Shown here piece by piece: positions 25,101-40,460 of a stretch of 64,000 nucleotides of DNA (its first letter is position 1; each line of letters begins with the position of its first letter). The position numbers and the translations under genes are program-made. The notes below the pieces were generated by a model. That model made no database searches and was not told the origin of the DNA. It saw nothing but the letters and a program-made list of their open reading frames with translations. This stretch comes from Ascidiella aspersa (taxonomy: Eukaryota): contig OZ004610.1 in NCBI GenBank assembly GCA_963924565.1, positions 6,634,001 to 6,698,000 of the forward strand, written 5' to 3'.

Positions 25101-28100
25101 AATACAATCCATCTAGGCTTTTTCCCGACATGCATTTTGCCAATTTTAAAATGTGTGTTTTTTTAATAACTCTGGTTTAGGTATCATATAATTGAAGAAT
25201 CGCGAAAGTTATCGAAAACTTAAAAGGGGTCGCGAGAATAAAAAGGTTGGGAACCACTGGTCTTAACGGACTTGGCCGCAGTAACTTTAGTGTTTACTGT
25301 CTCTTAAATACAGACGCCTTCCATCGGGAAACGGCAACGCTACAATCGAACTTGCCTTCCTCTCATTTTTCGAGCAATTTCGGAAGATATACGTCGGCGA
25401 CCAAGTGCAAAAGAACTCGAACGTAGGTTTTCTGGACAAAACAAAAAAGTTTAGCGACTTGTTCCAAACTATTAGCTTGAGAATGCATTGTGCGTTAAAA
25501 AAAGTAGTTTTACCGTTCGAGAACTTTACCGTAAAATATATTCCTTTTTTTTAATTTAACCGTCACTTTAAATGTATGAGAATTCGATATGAGAAATTTA
25601 TGCCTGTTTTTACATGTTAGTCCGTTGTTAATTATTACAATTCATACCAAAAGTAAATTAGAATAATTACTAGTTTTAAAATTTTACCTAAAATGTTGAA
25701 GAATATTAATTAGGGGCGATACACAAAGCGAGTTAAAAGCACAGGATAGAAATCTTACTACTTTTACCGGGTTAAATTAAGTATATTACCGTGATTTATT
25801 TACCTGTTTAACATAAAGTTTAACCCGATTACTGGGGAAATTAAAATTAAGCATATAACAAACCAACGCTGTGTTTGTAACATACAGAAAACTGTTTTGA
25901 TCAAATAAAATACCTCTAGGATAATTTATAATGATCGTGCTTTCCATGGCTAAAAAAACATACTTAATTTGTTTCGCTGATGTTGCTGCTTATAAGTGAT
26001 TTACCGGAACGTCGCTTTTTTCCGAGCAGGTCTACAAGCGTCTGAGTGAAGTCCTTCAATTAACCGACGACTCCGCTGTTCTTAGTGTCTTCGTCGCAAA
26101 AATGTAAAGAACCTTGCTGCTTTTAGTTAATAAAATTAAATAAAACTATAATGTGAATTGTTTGTTTCATTTGGTAAATCGATTTACTAATCAATGACTT
26201 TTGTGCATTAAGCTGGTAAAATCTAATCATGTTTGTCATGTTTTGGCTCATTTAAAGCCGACGGTGAAAGTGTTTTCAAACTTTAATTTGTGATGACAAA
26301 CGTTTTGGGCAAACATCTTTTCAAATTATTTAGATTTTCTGTAAGTTTATGGTTCGCGATTCTTTCTAATTTCCTTTTTCCCCTAGACTACTCGATTATA
26401 CTATTTACCCAATCTGGTAGATAAAGATTTCTAAAAAAAATTCTATTGCTTTTGTAAATAAATGTCGAATAATGATAAAATTATTGGGTAATATTACCCA
26501 ACTGCCAATAATTTAACAATAATCTATTAGACCAGGGATGTCCAACATTTTATTATAGTGGGCCGCATTGACACTTGAAATAATTTACTGGGCCGCAGAA
26601 CCTATTACGTTTCAAGATTAAGTATTGCTCTTTAGAGTATAACGGACCTTTAGAGTTATATATATATTTTTTACCAATACTATACGATTAGTGCGCCCCT
26701 AAAAGCTGACTGGTACATTTAAATTAGGCTAATATTGAACATTTAAAATACTACTTGGGAGTCAAAATGACTAGCGGCCGCACCAAAATTTCAGACGGGC
26801 CGCAATGTGGCCCGCGGGCCGCACGTTGGACATCCCTGTATTAGACTAAGCGATAATCCACTTGGCCAAAACAAAGAAAAATTGCTTAGTCCACACTGCG
26901 GCGTTCGACGTTGTTAGACTTCCGTTTTTGTTGGTAACTCTACTGTTGTAAGCTTACTCGTTGTATTGCTTTATCGCACAACCCCAGAATCACAAACCTG
27001 AAGTACTGGAGCCACAGTGATGCGATAGTGGGCGGCACCCTCCATCTGTTGGGCGACCTCTCCATTGGATTCAGCTCTGTTAGGAAACTCGTCAAACTGG
27101 ACGCAGTTCGATTTCTACTCGAAAACGACCCTGTAAATCTAACCTTTTTTTTATACATTTTTTGTTCAAACATTTTTGTTTCTGTATAATTTTTTTACAA
27201 TCCGCTGCCAACGAATCCAGCTAACATTGTGTTTTTCTCTGGCTTTTCGCATTTAGGCCGACTTACGATAATAGCACATGTATCAGCAGTACGTCACTTA
27301 ACTTCTAAAGATGACAAAGTAATATCAGTATGCCTTCTACTTTAATTTTTGTTTGAACATTTGAGGCTTGGGAAAAAAAAACAAATCTGCCATATTGTTC
27401 GTTTCGAACACACAACCTCGAAACGACACTCTGCTGACTGAGCAACGCAGGTACAGTGGGTAAACAAGTCGGCAAACTATCGTGGAACCTTTTTCTTGCG
27501 TTTTGCCTTGCGATACTGTATAGTCCTGGTCGACCTTTTGAGCCAGTCAAAGATGTAATAAAAGGCTAATCGAGAAGTTTAACGTCAATATTTGTTTGTG
27601 TGATTTGTTATTTCCGAAGTCAAAAGGCGACGCTGCTCTTTCACAAATATTTTACGCGTTTTTTTTTCATTGTGTAATTCACACCCGAGTCGGAGCAGAA
27701 ACAAAGTCCCAGAAATATCGGATAGCATGTCTAGGGTCTCCCTTCCTTTTACACACTTCGAAACATATGCCGCAATGGCCAAAACAATAAAAACGACTCT
27801 TTCATACCTGCAAATATGACATTTTTTTTAAGTTTCATTTATCCTTTTGGCTTTTCCATACCGCAAGTGTGACGTTGTCATTTTGAGTAGTGACATTTCT
27901 CCTTTTTCAAACTCGCATTTTTTCCAGAGGTCTCACTTTCCCTTCCTGGGCGCGGACTCGAAGGTTACCGACCTGCGATGTCGCACAGTCTTCTACACGG
28001 CGCTCGGAAGACTGCTTATGGTCGATCTCGGTCAGTTGCATTTCCTCGCATGCACTTGCTTTACAAACTTGATTTGCGATTTTGTTTTCCATCCGTTTTA

Positions 28101-31100
28101 GCGAAGTCGAAAAAATGTCGCCACTTCTAGCGTTTCTTGTTTGCGTTACCGCTTTGCTTGGCATTCAGATTATGACACATGTATTTTAACATCATTTCAA
28201 GGCTTTTTTTAACTTATGGCAACCTTTTTATTTAAAATGTATGATGTTGAGTTAAAATTGAACTATTTATTAGTTTGAAGAATCCCCCCCCCAAAAAAAT
28301 AACACTAACTTGCACCAAATATCGAAATAAGCACAATGTCTCTGCATTGCTCAGCGTAACTGTATTATTGTTTCAACTTTGCGATTGTTTTTGTTTTGTT
28401 ACGTCACAAAGGCGAAGACGAGGACCGTTTCTTGAGATTCATGCAGCCGATGACGTCAACTTTCGAAGCGCTCAAACAAATGATACGAGGTGCCTCCAGT
28501 AACAACGGGTAAGTCAATTTAAGATTGTGAGTTGTGTCGACGGCAAATTGAAGATTTTTTTTATATAAACTATAAAAGCGTAGGGAAAGCTATTTGTGTT
28601 TGATGTTATTTTGGACTCCAACAACAAGACTGAAATTAGAGGCAAGTTAACATAATAATAGGAGCAAATAGGACTAATACCTATATAGATGGAATGGCGT
28701 CTAAATCGGAATAAGACCCAAACCTGTCGGAATAAGACTCAAATAGCCAGAATAAGGTTCATACAAGATTTTAACCAACCATAAACCCCGCCCCAAACTT
28801 CATCACTAACTCCCCTAAAAATTTCAACCCTAGCCCAAATTCTAACCCCATCCATTCCCTACCAAAAAAAAACAATCAGGATCCTTTACCAGGTCATTCT
28901 AATCGTAATGTGATGTTTTCAGGTAGGCCATTTCATAGAACACCTAAAAAACGCACCGCATATATAAATTGGTTATCCCGTCGCCATCTAGTACCATAGA
29001 GCAGTGTTTCTTAAAGTGGTGAATGGTTCACCCCAGGGTGAATAAAATTTTTGCAGGGGTGAACCAACCAAAAGGGGTGCATACGGGTTAACGAAAGTTC
29101 AGGAGCATCCTATAGTCACTAGTAAACAACTTTCTGAAGTAAATCGACTAAAACCTGTTGTTTTTTGGTGTTTTTTGGTTATTGTAATAGTTAAGTTGGT
29201 TTGCACTAAGTGTATGAGTTAGGCAGGCCTACCATATGTCTCCTTTTAGAAGGATTTGTTCCCTTTTCTTAAGAAAACTGAATGGTCCTCCGAGGACGCT
29301 CAAAAATACCCAAATGTCCTGTTTTTTCGCATTTCGAGTTAGTTGCTTATACTTTTAACAAGACTTTTAGACGAAAGGTTATATTTATTTCCAAAAATAC
29401 TTAAGCCATGAAAGATGCTGAACTGCTGGTTTAAAAAGGGTTTCTAGGGGGGCTCCAAGCAATTCGTAGGGGGGAGGCGAGCTCTAAGTTAATATTTAAA
29501 TTTTTTGCTATGATTCTAATGGTATCGTTTTCGTTTTGGTTGTACACCACTCCTACAGCGCTGTACAAACTCTGTTTTTGCCAACTTCAACATTAAAACT
29601 GCCAAAACAAATTTGCGAATTTACTGTTATCTAATTTTGTTTACTTTGTTGAGCACAAAGTCTCTTTGAGTGCCATTCCATGTTTTCATATCATCGAAGG
29701 TATAACAGCCCTATTTAATTATAATTTTTTTTTTACTTATATAGATAAACGATAAAAGTCATCCACCGTTCGAACTATTTTTTATCCATGTTTTATTTAA
29801 TTGGATAACAGGCTATCAACAGGGGGACGAAATGTTTTGCGAAAAGCCTCCTGATTTTACAGTTTAGCGCCAAATCCAATTTTTTTCGCGCTTCGCGCGA
29901 CCGACAACAAACTACACTATTTTTTTAAAGTTGTCTCAGTGATATTTAATTAAAAATTCTTTATTTCGTAGGGGTGCAAGTTATAGGAAAATTACAAAGG
30001 GTGCCGCTGCTAGTTGTGGATATGGAACGTATTTCTCAAACGTAACAATTCTATTTTCGTTTTACTGGCAGGCAAAAAAATATCCTCTTTTTGGGTGCTA
30101 AAAATATGGTAGCCCTAGTATAAGTACAACAATTTGGTAACTTTGTTTTGTGCTTTTTTAGCTTTATATTGCTGGACTCGAGAAATTGTACATTTACAAT
30201 GGTAAAACTTAGCTTGAGTTGATTTTAACAAAAATCGAAACAACCTAAGTCATTTTGTGCTGTTATATATAGACGAGATTATTTTATCATATCATGAGAC
30301 AAGGGTGAATGAAATCTAGAGATAGATGCTAGCGGTGTACGAAACTAAAAAAGTTTAAGAAGCACTGTCATAGAGTATCGATACCCCTTGTAATCGGGTA
30401 TCCAAATTTTTTCCCATGGTACTTATGATTGAGACCTCTGACCGCTTAAAATTGCTTTTATATTTCTGCGGCCACGCCGTTATCCTGAACAGTGTTCCAC
30501 CATTGCGCCTATTAAGGTTTTTTCTTTTCGTTTTCCCTTTCCTTTTACTATCCTATTTTTAATTGGCAGCGTTCTTAACCAAACAGCGATCCGAACGCTG
30601 ATCGGCGTGGCGCGTGACGTCAGAGGTCTGACGTACGCCTTCAACAGCAAGAACCAGTACAACATGCTCTTCCAACTTGTGTATCCTTCGCAATTCGTCT
30701 TATATAATGTCGTATGTCCTTCTATGCTAAACATTTTCAGATTCAAAAGCGAAACATTAGGTTAGACCAGTGGTTCTCAACCAGGGTGCTAGTGCTAGTG
30801 TTAAGGGTGCCGATAGGTATTTGGGAATTTTTTTAGAGTCTGATTTTTGCTCAGTTGGTGAACTTCTTGATACATCTATTTGTGCACGATTAGAGACCAT
30901 TGTATCACGTGACATTTACCTACATGTTTTAAAGTTTCATTTTATAGTGACATTTCAGTAAAATTCCGGAGTGCCGAAAATCTATTTATTATTTTTAAGG
31001 GGTGCCGTAAGCCATAAAAGGTTGAGAATCACTTGAAGGCATTTCGCTTTACCAAGCAACGCTGATATGGTACGAGTGTTATTCTTGATCCTGGTGGATA

Positions 31101-34100
31101 TACAGGGAATCAAATATATTTAATATATACCAGTCAACTTCGTAAAACACTCTAGAATATATTTTTATTTAGGACTTTGAAATTACTTAAGTGCTTATTA
31201 GGTTTGAATATAGTTGTTCTTCGTAGAAGTTTAAAGCTTGTAGTATTTGGAAAGTAATGACTGGAAGCTGTAGTTAGACGTAAAAGAAGTCAATTCTAAA
31301 GTAGGTATCATTTTGTACATGTTTCAAATAGTTTTTTTTTCATTTCTAATTGTGTAAGATGAATTAAAAACAATTCGAAACGCTACGAAATGTAACCTGC
31401 AATGTTATATACTTTCGTTCAATTCAGGTCATGGTATGATAAGTTTGGATTATCGATGCTTGTCAAGAACGAAGAAGCACCCGGCAAATGAAGTTTGGAT
31501 GATGTAACAAGCATAATATTAACCTTATACTAAATAGTTTGTAAAGAAAACTTGTTTTTTTCCTTTACCATTTTCCTGCACAGCTATCCAACTTTTATCG
31601 ACATAGTACAAACTGCGATGGAGATTTGGTACCATGACCCTGCACTTACAACGCCCTTGCTTAAAGTGAGTATACTGGTGCTAGTCGTTACTACGACTAT
31701 CTAATTTTTTATACATTACGTTAACGCTAATTTGTACTTCGGACTGCCGCGACCTGAACTGATAAGATATAGAAAAATACAAAAATAATTAGCTTGTTTT
31801 TGGAAGGCGTTGATTCTCAATAAACTAATAAAAAAAAGGAAATGTAAGAGTAACAAGCTTAAAAAGAAAATATTTAAAGCACTTTTGCGTCATCTTTTGT
31901 TGCTGTTTTCAAGCAAAAAATGTTAGTGTTATACTTGTTTCATGTTACATTACATGTCAATATACACCGACTCCAGTGCCTTTATAAAAACCTAAATAAG
32001 AAAACGCTTCCAACCATACGGTAATAACCAAAAAATTAGTATGATGTCAGTTTGCCCCAGTAGCGAAAGCCGCCTTGTGTGTAACCAAATACTTTTTTTA
32101 TCCTATTATATTTTTTACGTAGGAAAAAAAGTAAAACCAATTTATTTACTGCTAAGTCAGCCTTAAGATACCTAGGCTTGTTTTAAAAAATACGGTCAGC
32201 ATTAGATTTCAACCGCTTGTATAAGGTGTTAGTATTTCTCCAGTGACCAACTCAAAACGTTCGCATTTTCCCTCTCTTTTGCAGATGTTTGGTGAGCTGG
32301 TATTGAACAGAGGCCAGCGAATGAACTTCGACGTCTCCTCACCAAACGGCATTCTGCTCTTCAAGGAAGCGAGCAAACTTATGTGCGCCTATGGTGGGTT
32401 CGCTTTACGTGACACATATGGAATATTTCAAACAACATTGCGTTTTTCATACAGTTTAGTTCAAAAAAATTTAAAACGGCGAACGTTTAAACTTTACTTG
32501 CGCGCCATTGTTTTGTTAAGGCAGGGGTTCTTAAACTGGGGTCCATGGACCCCTTGGGGTTCCGCGAACTAGTTTTAAGGGGTCCGTGAAGGCCTACTTA
32601 AAATATTAATGTATATTTAAGAAGTAATTTTTTTTTTAAAGAAAACCGTTTGATTAAAAATAAAAAATAAAACGGTTTTGCACTGAATCCTATTTAGACT
32701 CCATTTCACCTTCACATGTTTGAACCAAAATCAGCAGATTTATAAAGTCTCTTTGTACTGTGACGTCAATTTATGATGTCATTTTGGATTTATTTTGCCG
32801 ACCGTGGTCCACGCTAGGTTAAAAAAAAATTTAGGGGTAAAAAAAGTTTAAAAACCCCTGTGTTAGGGCCTTTCTTTAAAAGATATGATACAATGTGTAT
32901 TGTGTATTTGGACATAACTTATTTGGTTGAAAAAAGAGGTACTTTAGCAGGGTTCACACGAAGTCTTCAAATCTTTAAAAGTCATTGATTGTCTTTAAAT
33001 TGATTTGCATATGGAAAAATCTTTGGAAAAACCTATGTTTTGTTTCCAAAACGTGCCGTCAAAATATTTTTTTTCAATTGTCTTGACCATGGCATTTAAC
33101 AGTTTGGTTTTCGAATTATTTAAAAAAACAACGTCGGTTGCGATAAATGCAAAATTTAATCTTTCGCGTCCTTTTTTTGGCATTGGAATTTTATTTGTCA
33201 GACCTTACATTAACGTCAAATTAAATTTTCCATTTTTTGTTCATATTTTCATTATATTTTTTCCTTTATTCTAGGTTAACTTTGACAAACTCTTTATGAA
33301 AAAAATTGGTGACCCCTGCTATATTAGAACTAATCGCGCTTTAAGAGTATTTTTTAGAGTTGGTGGCATTTTGGTGCTAATTAATTTAAAAGTTAGTGTT
33401 AGGTCCAAGCAATTCCGTGCGTTTTAAAAGCAACCCTTAATAATTATATCTGATAATGACTGTATCAATACGCTACAGAAAAAACTTTAACATACAGCTT
33501 AAGCTTATTGTATCTTAATATTAACAAGACTGACAAGATATACATTAAAAATTAAAAAAAACGCCTTAGGTTCTCGCACCCTTTCGATGTCCCCGCCACA
33601 AGAAGACCAGCTTTACTCTCACCGACTCAAGGGAATCTCGCTCTGCTTTGCGCTGCTCAAGAACGCGCTGTCCGGAGGTTACGTCAACTTCGGCGTATTC
33701 CGTCTCTACAACGACCCGACACTCGATGACGCTCTCAATGTCTTCGTCGAGCTCGTCACGTCAATGCAGACCAATCACCTGCTGGTACGTCATCAAGATC
33801 GATTTTGAAAAATCTTAATTTAAAAAAAATTAACCAATAACCTTGGATAATAATGGTTCGAGGTTGTAGTAAGACGTTATAAGAATATCAAAGCCCATAC
33901 AGAAGTTGTAGAATTTCGAAAAATCAATAAAGAGTTATTTGAAATGTTCGAAATAATACCTAATTACTATACCTAATTGCAAAAACCTTTAATTACCTAA
34001 GTTTTAACGATTTTGCACAGAAACTAACTCGCCCGGCTGTAAACCTTAAAAATACTTAAGAAAACGTGTTTTGTTGGTAGTGGAAATTTTACGTTGCATA

Positions 34101-37100
34101 AAAACAAATTCACAAAAACAGTTTAGGTTTCTAATAATTTCGCTCAAAAAAATCTAGTTGTGAGACATCATTTTCAATTATCTCACTGATTTGTAATTCA
34201 ATCAATAAAAAATCATATTTTGGTATATGTCAAAATTGCTATTTATTTAACGTACACTGTTCGGTAGGATATAAAGATCTCTATTAAATTTACAGTATAG
34301 AATAACATAAGGGGAAATGTTAAGAACCACTCTTTTACAGGAATACACGAAGCTTAGTAGCAGCTACCACTCATTACTGGAGCTGGTTTGTCAGGACCAC
34401 ATGAGATTTGTGTGTGGTTTACCACCGTCGGTCATCTACCATCTGGTCGGCACAATAACTGCGGGGCTAACTGCACTCGGTAAGGAAGAAATAATTTCGA
34501 ATTATATGGGCAGAAAATTTATTTAAGAAGTTTATGAATCTGTACCCATAGGGGCCTTCGATTGTGTGACAAAAACCTAAAATATTGTGTCATTGTTTTA
34601 GCTCTATGAAGCTATCGACTTCCATCTAGTTAATTAATATGAGTAATGTATTCGGATTTCTCTTACTGTTCTCGCAATTTTTTTGAGCAATCTTGCTGAT
34701 AACCAATTTAAACAAATCTACCTATGTGAACTACATCGTTTGGCGACCCAAACCAAGTTAAGCGGCGGCCCAGTTTGGGGTGGCAGCCCGCAGGTTGAGA
34801 AACACTAATTTGTAAAATATTAAAAAAATGGGAGATCGCCTTGTCGTGCCAAGTTGTAAAAGGCAGATCGGATCCGTAGGTTCCCCATGCCATACGAAAT
34901 TTCAACCCGTACGCCTTTTCTTACTAAAAACTAAGTGGATCCGATGGGATACTGAAGTCTTTATCAAGTGGATTCATACATTATTCAAATAGAATACAAA
35001 ACATTGTCATTGAAACAGAAACAGCATCGGTGTAAGTTAAACATTATCGCCAAACACTTACAAGTAACTCACAATATTATTTCCTACGGCGACAAGGTAG
35101 TGACACCAACTGCCGTAAGGACAACTAGAATATCAAGACACCATGTGCTCAGTGACCTTTGCCCGTTTGACCGCAAGTAATAGAATGCTCACACATTTAA
35201 ATAGGTCATAAAGCACTTACATGAAAATGCGCTTTAGCAATCTCACTGTTAAGCTCAACACTTACCCTCCTCAGACACAGCTGTATGCACCTGCTGTTGC
35301 ACGGCCCTCGACCATGTGGCCACCTACCTCTACCGCATCGGTTCCCGTTCGCCCTCCCTCACCAACGGTGACGTAGGCGGTGTGACGTCATCGTCGTCGT
35401 CATCATCGGACAAGCTACGTCACGGCCAGGTCGACCGGCAGCGCGAACGTCACTTCTTGCGCGCGATGATGGAGCGACCCGACATTCTGCAATCGGTGAG
35501 GCGTGACGATATTGTCCATTATTTAATTATTAAAATCAGGAAAAAGAAAATTAAAAAATTACAGTTAGTAATGACACGTTTATCGCGATGTTTTCTAATA
35601 GGTTATAGTTTGCTTTTGCGTTTAACAATATGCCCGATACGAGTGGCGAGTAGTGTCACCTGATTGCATAAGTACATCCGTTCGATCAAATGTTGAATAT
35701 TACATAAGTAAAATCAAACAAATAGAATAAGAAAATCGAGGCATGTTTATGATATAAAAAAATAATATGTAAGGATTCATCTGGCACATATTGTTAAGCA
35801 CACACGTTTCGATTAGCTATTCGGGTAATCCTTTTCAAGACAAAAAATTTCAAGTGGACAGTAAGGTCTACGCTTAATCTTAAATAATTTTGCTGTCGAA
35901 TCGTTGGCACTTACTAAAAAATGCTATGTCAGAAAAATCGTTTATAATAAGAACAATGACCCCTGAAATAAAACGTGTATCAAACCGAATTAATTCATAT
36001 TTTCAGCTTTTATTAGAAAAAATAATGAGCTACTAGGCTGCAACTACGGCAGTTTTGTCAGTGCTGTCTACTTGTGATTTCGGAAATACCTTTTCCTACA
36101 ATTCCAATGACTCCTTTCTCGTACGGATCGGCTCAGTTAATTAACAGCCTTAATTCAAAATCAGCTGTTAAACATAACATCTCAGTCAATAGGCGTGGCA
36201 AAAGTCTGTTACACCTTACAAGATAAGTGTAATTGTTGCAAAACAATTCTTTATCATATTCATAACAACGTGACAGTGAAACAAGTAAAACACTTTATGA
36301 ATGAAGATTGTTTTACATTTGAAGCTTTCCATTCAAGTTCAACTGCATTAGTGTAGCGGTGTAGCCTATGGTTATGGGTTACATCACACTTCAAACAGGA
36401 AACTAAAAGAGCAAAAGTCCCAACATGGTGCACACTTATAGCCTTATTTAGGGGAAAAAAGCTAGAAGAAGGTGAAGGGGCACACAAAATGGAAAATACC
36501 CCTGATTTATCACATATACCAGCCACTTTTGAGCATCCGTTCCAGAATGCAATTTCTTAAATTTCAACTCCCATACGAAATTATCGTACACCTTTTATCG
36601 AAATCCATTTTTTGCACAGGCCCTTTCCACGGTTCTGCACACCATTATGTTCGAGGACTGTCGCAACCAGTGGAGCATGTCGCGTCCTCTTCTCGGCCTT
36701 ATTCTGCTCAACGAAGAGGTAGACCTACGGTTTTTTACTTGCCCACGTTTTAGGATAAAGTTTTACGTAACTGGGTAACTAGGGATGCCCGATAATATCG
36801 GATCGGAACCGATACCCGATGCCAACTTGTAATCGGTATCTTCCGATACTCGGGTGGTGTCGGTGCCGATTTGAAAACAAAATAATATGAGTTATTTTGC
36901 TATGACTAGTTTTTGAACGTAATTTATCAAAGTATAGTAGGCTAACAATTGGCGGTATTTTACCTCCTTAACGCTAAATCAATTTTTGCAGTAATAAACT
37001 GGAAAAAAAAACTTTTATTTTTTTTTGCACACTTAAGCTTTGCAATGACTGCACACGAAAAATAGAAAAGAACCGATTTTTAGTAACTACATTACTTTCG

Positions 37101-40100
37101 CAATGCAAACACACTTATGAAAATTCGCCCTCCTAAAACCTATTTAACAAATTCGCAAATAATTCCTAGTATTGGCTCGAGCTCGAATATGATATTTTTG
37201 GCAAGATAATAATTACGGCTTGTAGCAACATAAGTACGCTAAGATGACGTCGTTTGGTATCGTTTCGGATCGCGATACTTTTTGTCCAAAATATCGTGTG
37301 TCGGTATCGGAACAAGATTTCAGGTATTGTACTCCCCTATGCGTAACATTATGATTTAAGTTATAAGAAATTTGGTCACGGAAATTGCCACATGATTTCG
37401 TATTTCTTTCGCTCGTGTAAAGTCCCTCTATAGGAATCTCTTGTCAAAAGGTTTTATATCTAGCATTGAAATCTGTTGTGTTGTTGTCAGTTAGCTTTTA
37501 ATTCAAGTAACTTTACTGGTTTCCTGAACATTTCCTAGAGAAGTGATGTCCGACGCATTGCGGTACGCCTAATGTTTTAAGTGCAGCCTAGTAACCATTT
37601 TCAATTCAATTAAAATACTTTTTTTACAATATCTTCCAACGTATAGAAAGCGCATATTACCCTGCAGCGAACTAGCATTGAAAAGTATTTAACGTCAGTT
37701 AATAGTTTTTCATGAGACTCTTCTCAAGTATATATGCCGCTTCTAAACAGCCACATTTCAATGTGCACCATGTTAAGCGTGAGATCTACATTATAGTTTC
37801 TACAATACTAAATAACATTCTAATTTTAGCCTTGCCTTGCTTGCACAATCTTTTTTTTTCTTTTTTCTTTTTTTGAACTTATTCGGTTGGCCTTCCTGAA
37901 GGTATTCATTTATGAGCGAAAAATTTTGTGAAAAAAGTTTTTCTGATAAATCAGCGCTTAAAGAACATGAAAAAATACACACTGGAGAAAAACAGTTTGC
38001 TTGCGAATATTGTGAAAAGGTTTTTCGTAGAAATGAACATGTTATGTCGCATGAAAGAATCCACACAAGATAAATGTATTCTCTTGCAAATATTGTTAAA
38101 AGAGTTTTAGTAGAAGTGATTGTGGCTGTGATAAATCGAAGTATGTATTGTACGTGTTGGTATACAACACATTTTGCCAAGATTCCAACTTGCATTATTG
38201 CACAAAACCTATTGTATCACAATAAACGCAAAGTTATAATATTCATTACAATAAAAACTTTGGGGAAAAATGTTTGCGCTGACTCCAGTTTTGACAAATC
38301 AATCCGTTACCAATGTAACTTTGTCCTGACCTCAATTAAAGTCAGCAGCTAAGTTTGTGTTTCTGTATTTTATTGTACTTTTGTCCTTGAAAATTATGTC
38401 ACCAACAAATATTTTTGGTTTCAAGCTAGTTTTGTTGTCACTGGCCACTTTCTCTGACACCAAAACTGCCGTATTAACAATTAAAATCTCACCCAAAACA
38501 AGGTAAAGCTAAGTTTAGCTATTATAAATTTGTGTGAAGTTAAGTTTTTGCTTCCGGGTTGCTTTTTAGGAGATTTCCTTGTATGCCGCTGGGTAAACTT
38601 CTGCTTTGAGTTTTATTTTTAACTTGGGTTCAAATCGTCAGAACATGACGTTATAAATTACATTTGGCGTCAATTAGGAGGTTCTAGCATATTTACGTAG
38701 CATTTAAGAAAAATACCACCACACTACACCGGCCTATATTTTATAAATATTAAAAAAGGTTACATTTAGCACGGATCTGTAATGTAGCGTGCTAATGAAT
38801 TGCAAAGCCAAAACGGTTGAGTGAATCGACATCATCTTGATTTGAGTTTGATTTGAGATTTGAGCTTGTATCATCTTCAGTTAATGTGACTGAGAAGTAA
38901 TTCAAGCATCACTTATCAAAGGCGAGCTACTCGACCTTTTTGGCTTTGTAATTCATTAGCAAGTTTAAAAAAAGAAAATAAAACAAAAATAATATATCAA
39001 ATTAACTATTTCAAATTGAAATCGCACGAAATTTTTACAGGTCACTAAGAAAATTAAAAAATACTTTAATATATAAAGAAAAAACAAACGTATTCAAGCC
39101 TGTTAGGTGATAAAGAAAAAAATGCCTTTGTTAGTTTAACCAAATCTTCGTATTCATTGTCTTTATATAAGGTTTTACAAGTCTAGGCGTTATAGTACTG
39201 CTATCGTGCTAAAGAGTGTGTTTGTTTTTCGCACCCACTTCTAGTTCAAAACACGTAAAGCAAAAAAGGTTCTTGGAGGTTTTTCTTTTTACAACTCTGC
39301 TCGCTGTTAATTAAATTCAGTATCAAGAAATTAAAGAGCAATTGATTCGATAAATGAGATCTAAGCTAGACTGGAATTGTGTTGTACTAGTATTTCAGTG
39401 ATACCTGTTATTTTAACTAATAGGAATCCACGATAAATGCGGGCTAGATCGTATTTTTTTACCAGGATTTTCGCATTGAAGATATCCACAAATACAATAA
39501 CCTACATTACGCCTATTTTTAGATGGCGTCAGAAAAAATTAAAGATAGCTAGTAGAATTTTCTTGTTTCATTCTTTAGTCAGTTAGACTGAAGCACTCCG
39601 GAAAAAATCGTTAAATTTTTACTTAAGTATAAATGCTACTATAGGTTATCGTCGATTTAAACTGGATGCCCATATTTGTTGCAACTAGTTAGCGTCGTTG
39701 GAAAAGTGTGGTCAAGGTCTACTTAGGGTTTCTCAACCGTGGCCCTCGGCCCCCTTGGGGGCCACGGGGCGGTCATTGGGGGGCCACTGGCATAACTCTG
39801 TATGTATAGGTATTACAAAACCAAAGCACCACTTCGTTCGTAATTTGCAAGTTTACTTAAATGTGTTATTTTAATTATGATTGTAAAACTTTCTTGTAAC
39901 GTTCGTAACAAATTTTTCTGACACGTTCTTTGACGCGTCTGTAGGCATGTTTAAAGTATAATATTGGATTCCTTCTATCACGAAAAGTTACGCTTATTCG
40001 AACGTTCGTCATTGGCAAGTTTGGATAAAGGCCGATCACTATGGCTAAACATTTACTTTGCAGCTTTATATGAAGTAGTGCGGAGCCAGCTTTTTTTCAT

Positions 40101-40424
40101 GCGGCCTGTTACTTTCTGATAACCTTCGCCTAATCATAAAGTGTGCGTCGAATGCTGTTGGACAAGCAACTAATGTGTAGCCCAGTGATCGGCAAACTGT
40201 GGGCCACAGAGTCATATTTGATGGGTCCAGAGTTACTTTTGAATTGCTTAGTGTTATTATGTTGTTGTGGGCCGTGCGGTAGCCCTACATTTGTTGCAAC
40301 GTATTTCAAAAGTTGGTGTGTCTAAGAATTTTTATATTGTCTCAGTGTGGTTTAGGCCCGCGTGCCAAATGTGTCTCTGAGAGTGCCGGTCAAGCTATAT
40401 TTTTTTCCAAGTTCTATGTGAACG

Positions 40425-40460
<36 letters not shown>

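Noticed and set aside
35800-35842. Further hammerhead-like relics (35800-35842 minus, 31353-31387 plus, 20952-20982 minus)
   Set aside because: Stem II plus GAAA(C) is present but the CTGANGA core and stem I are broken; possibly decayed PLE ends, not callable.
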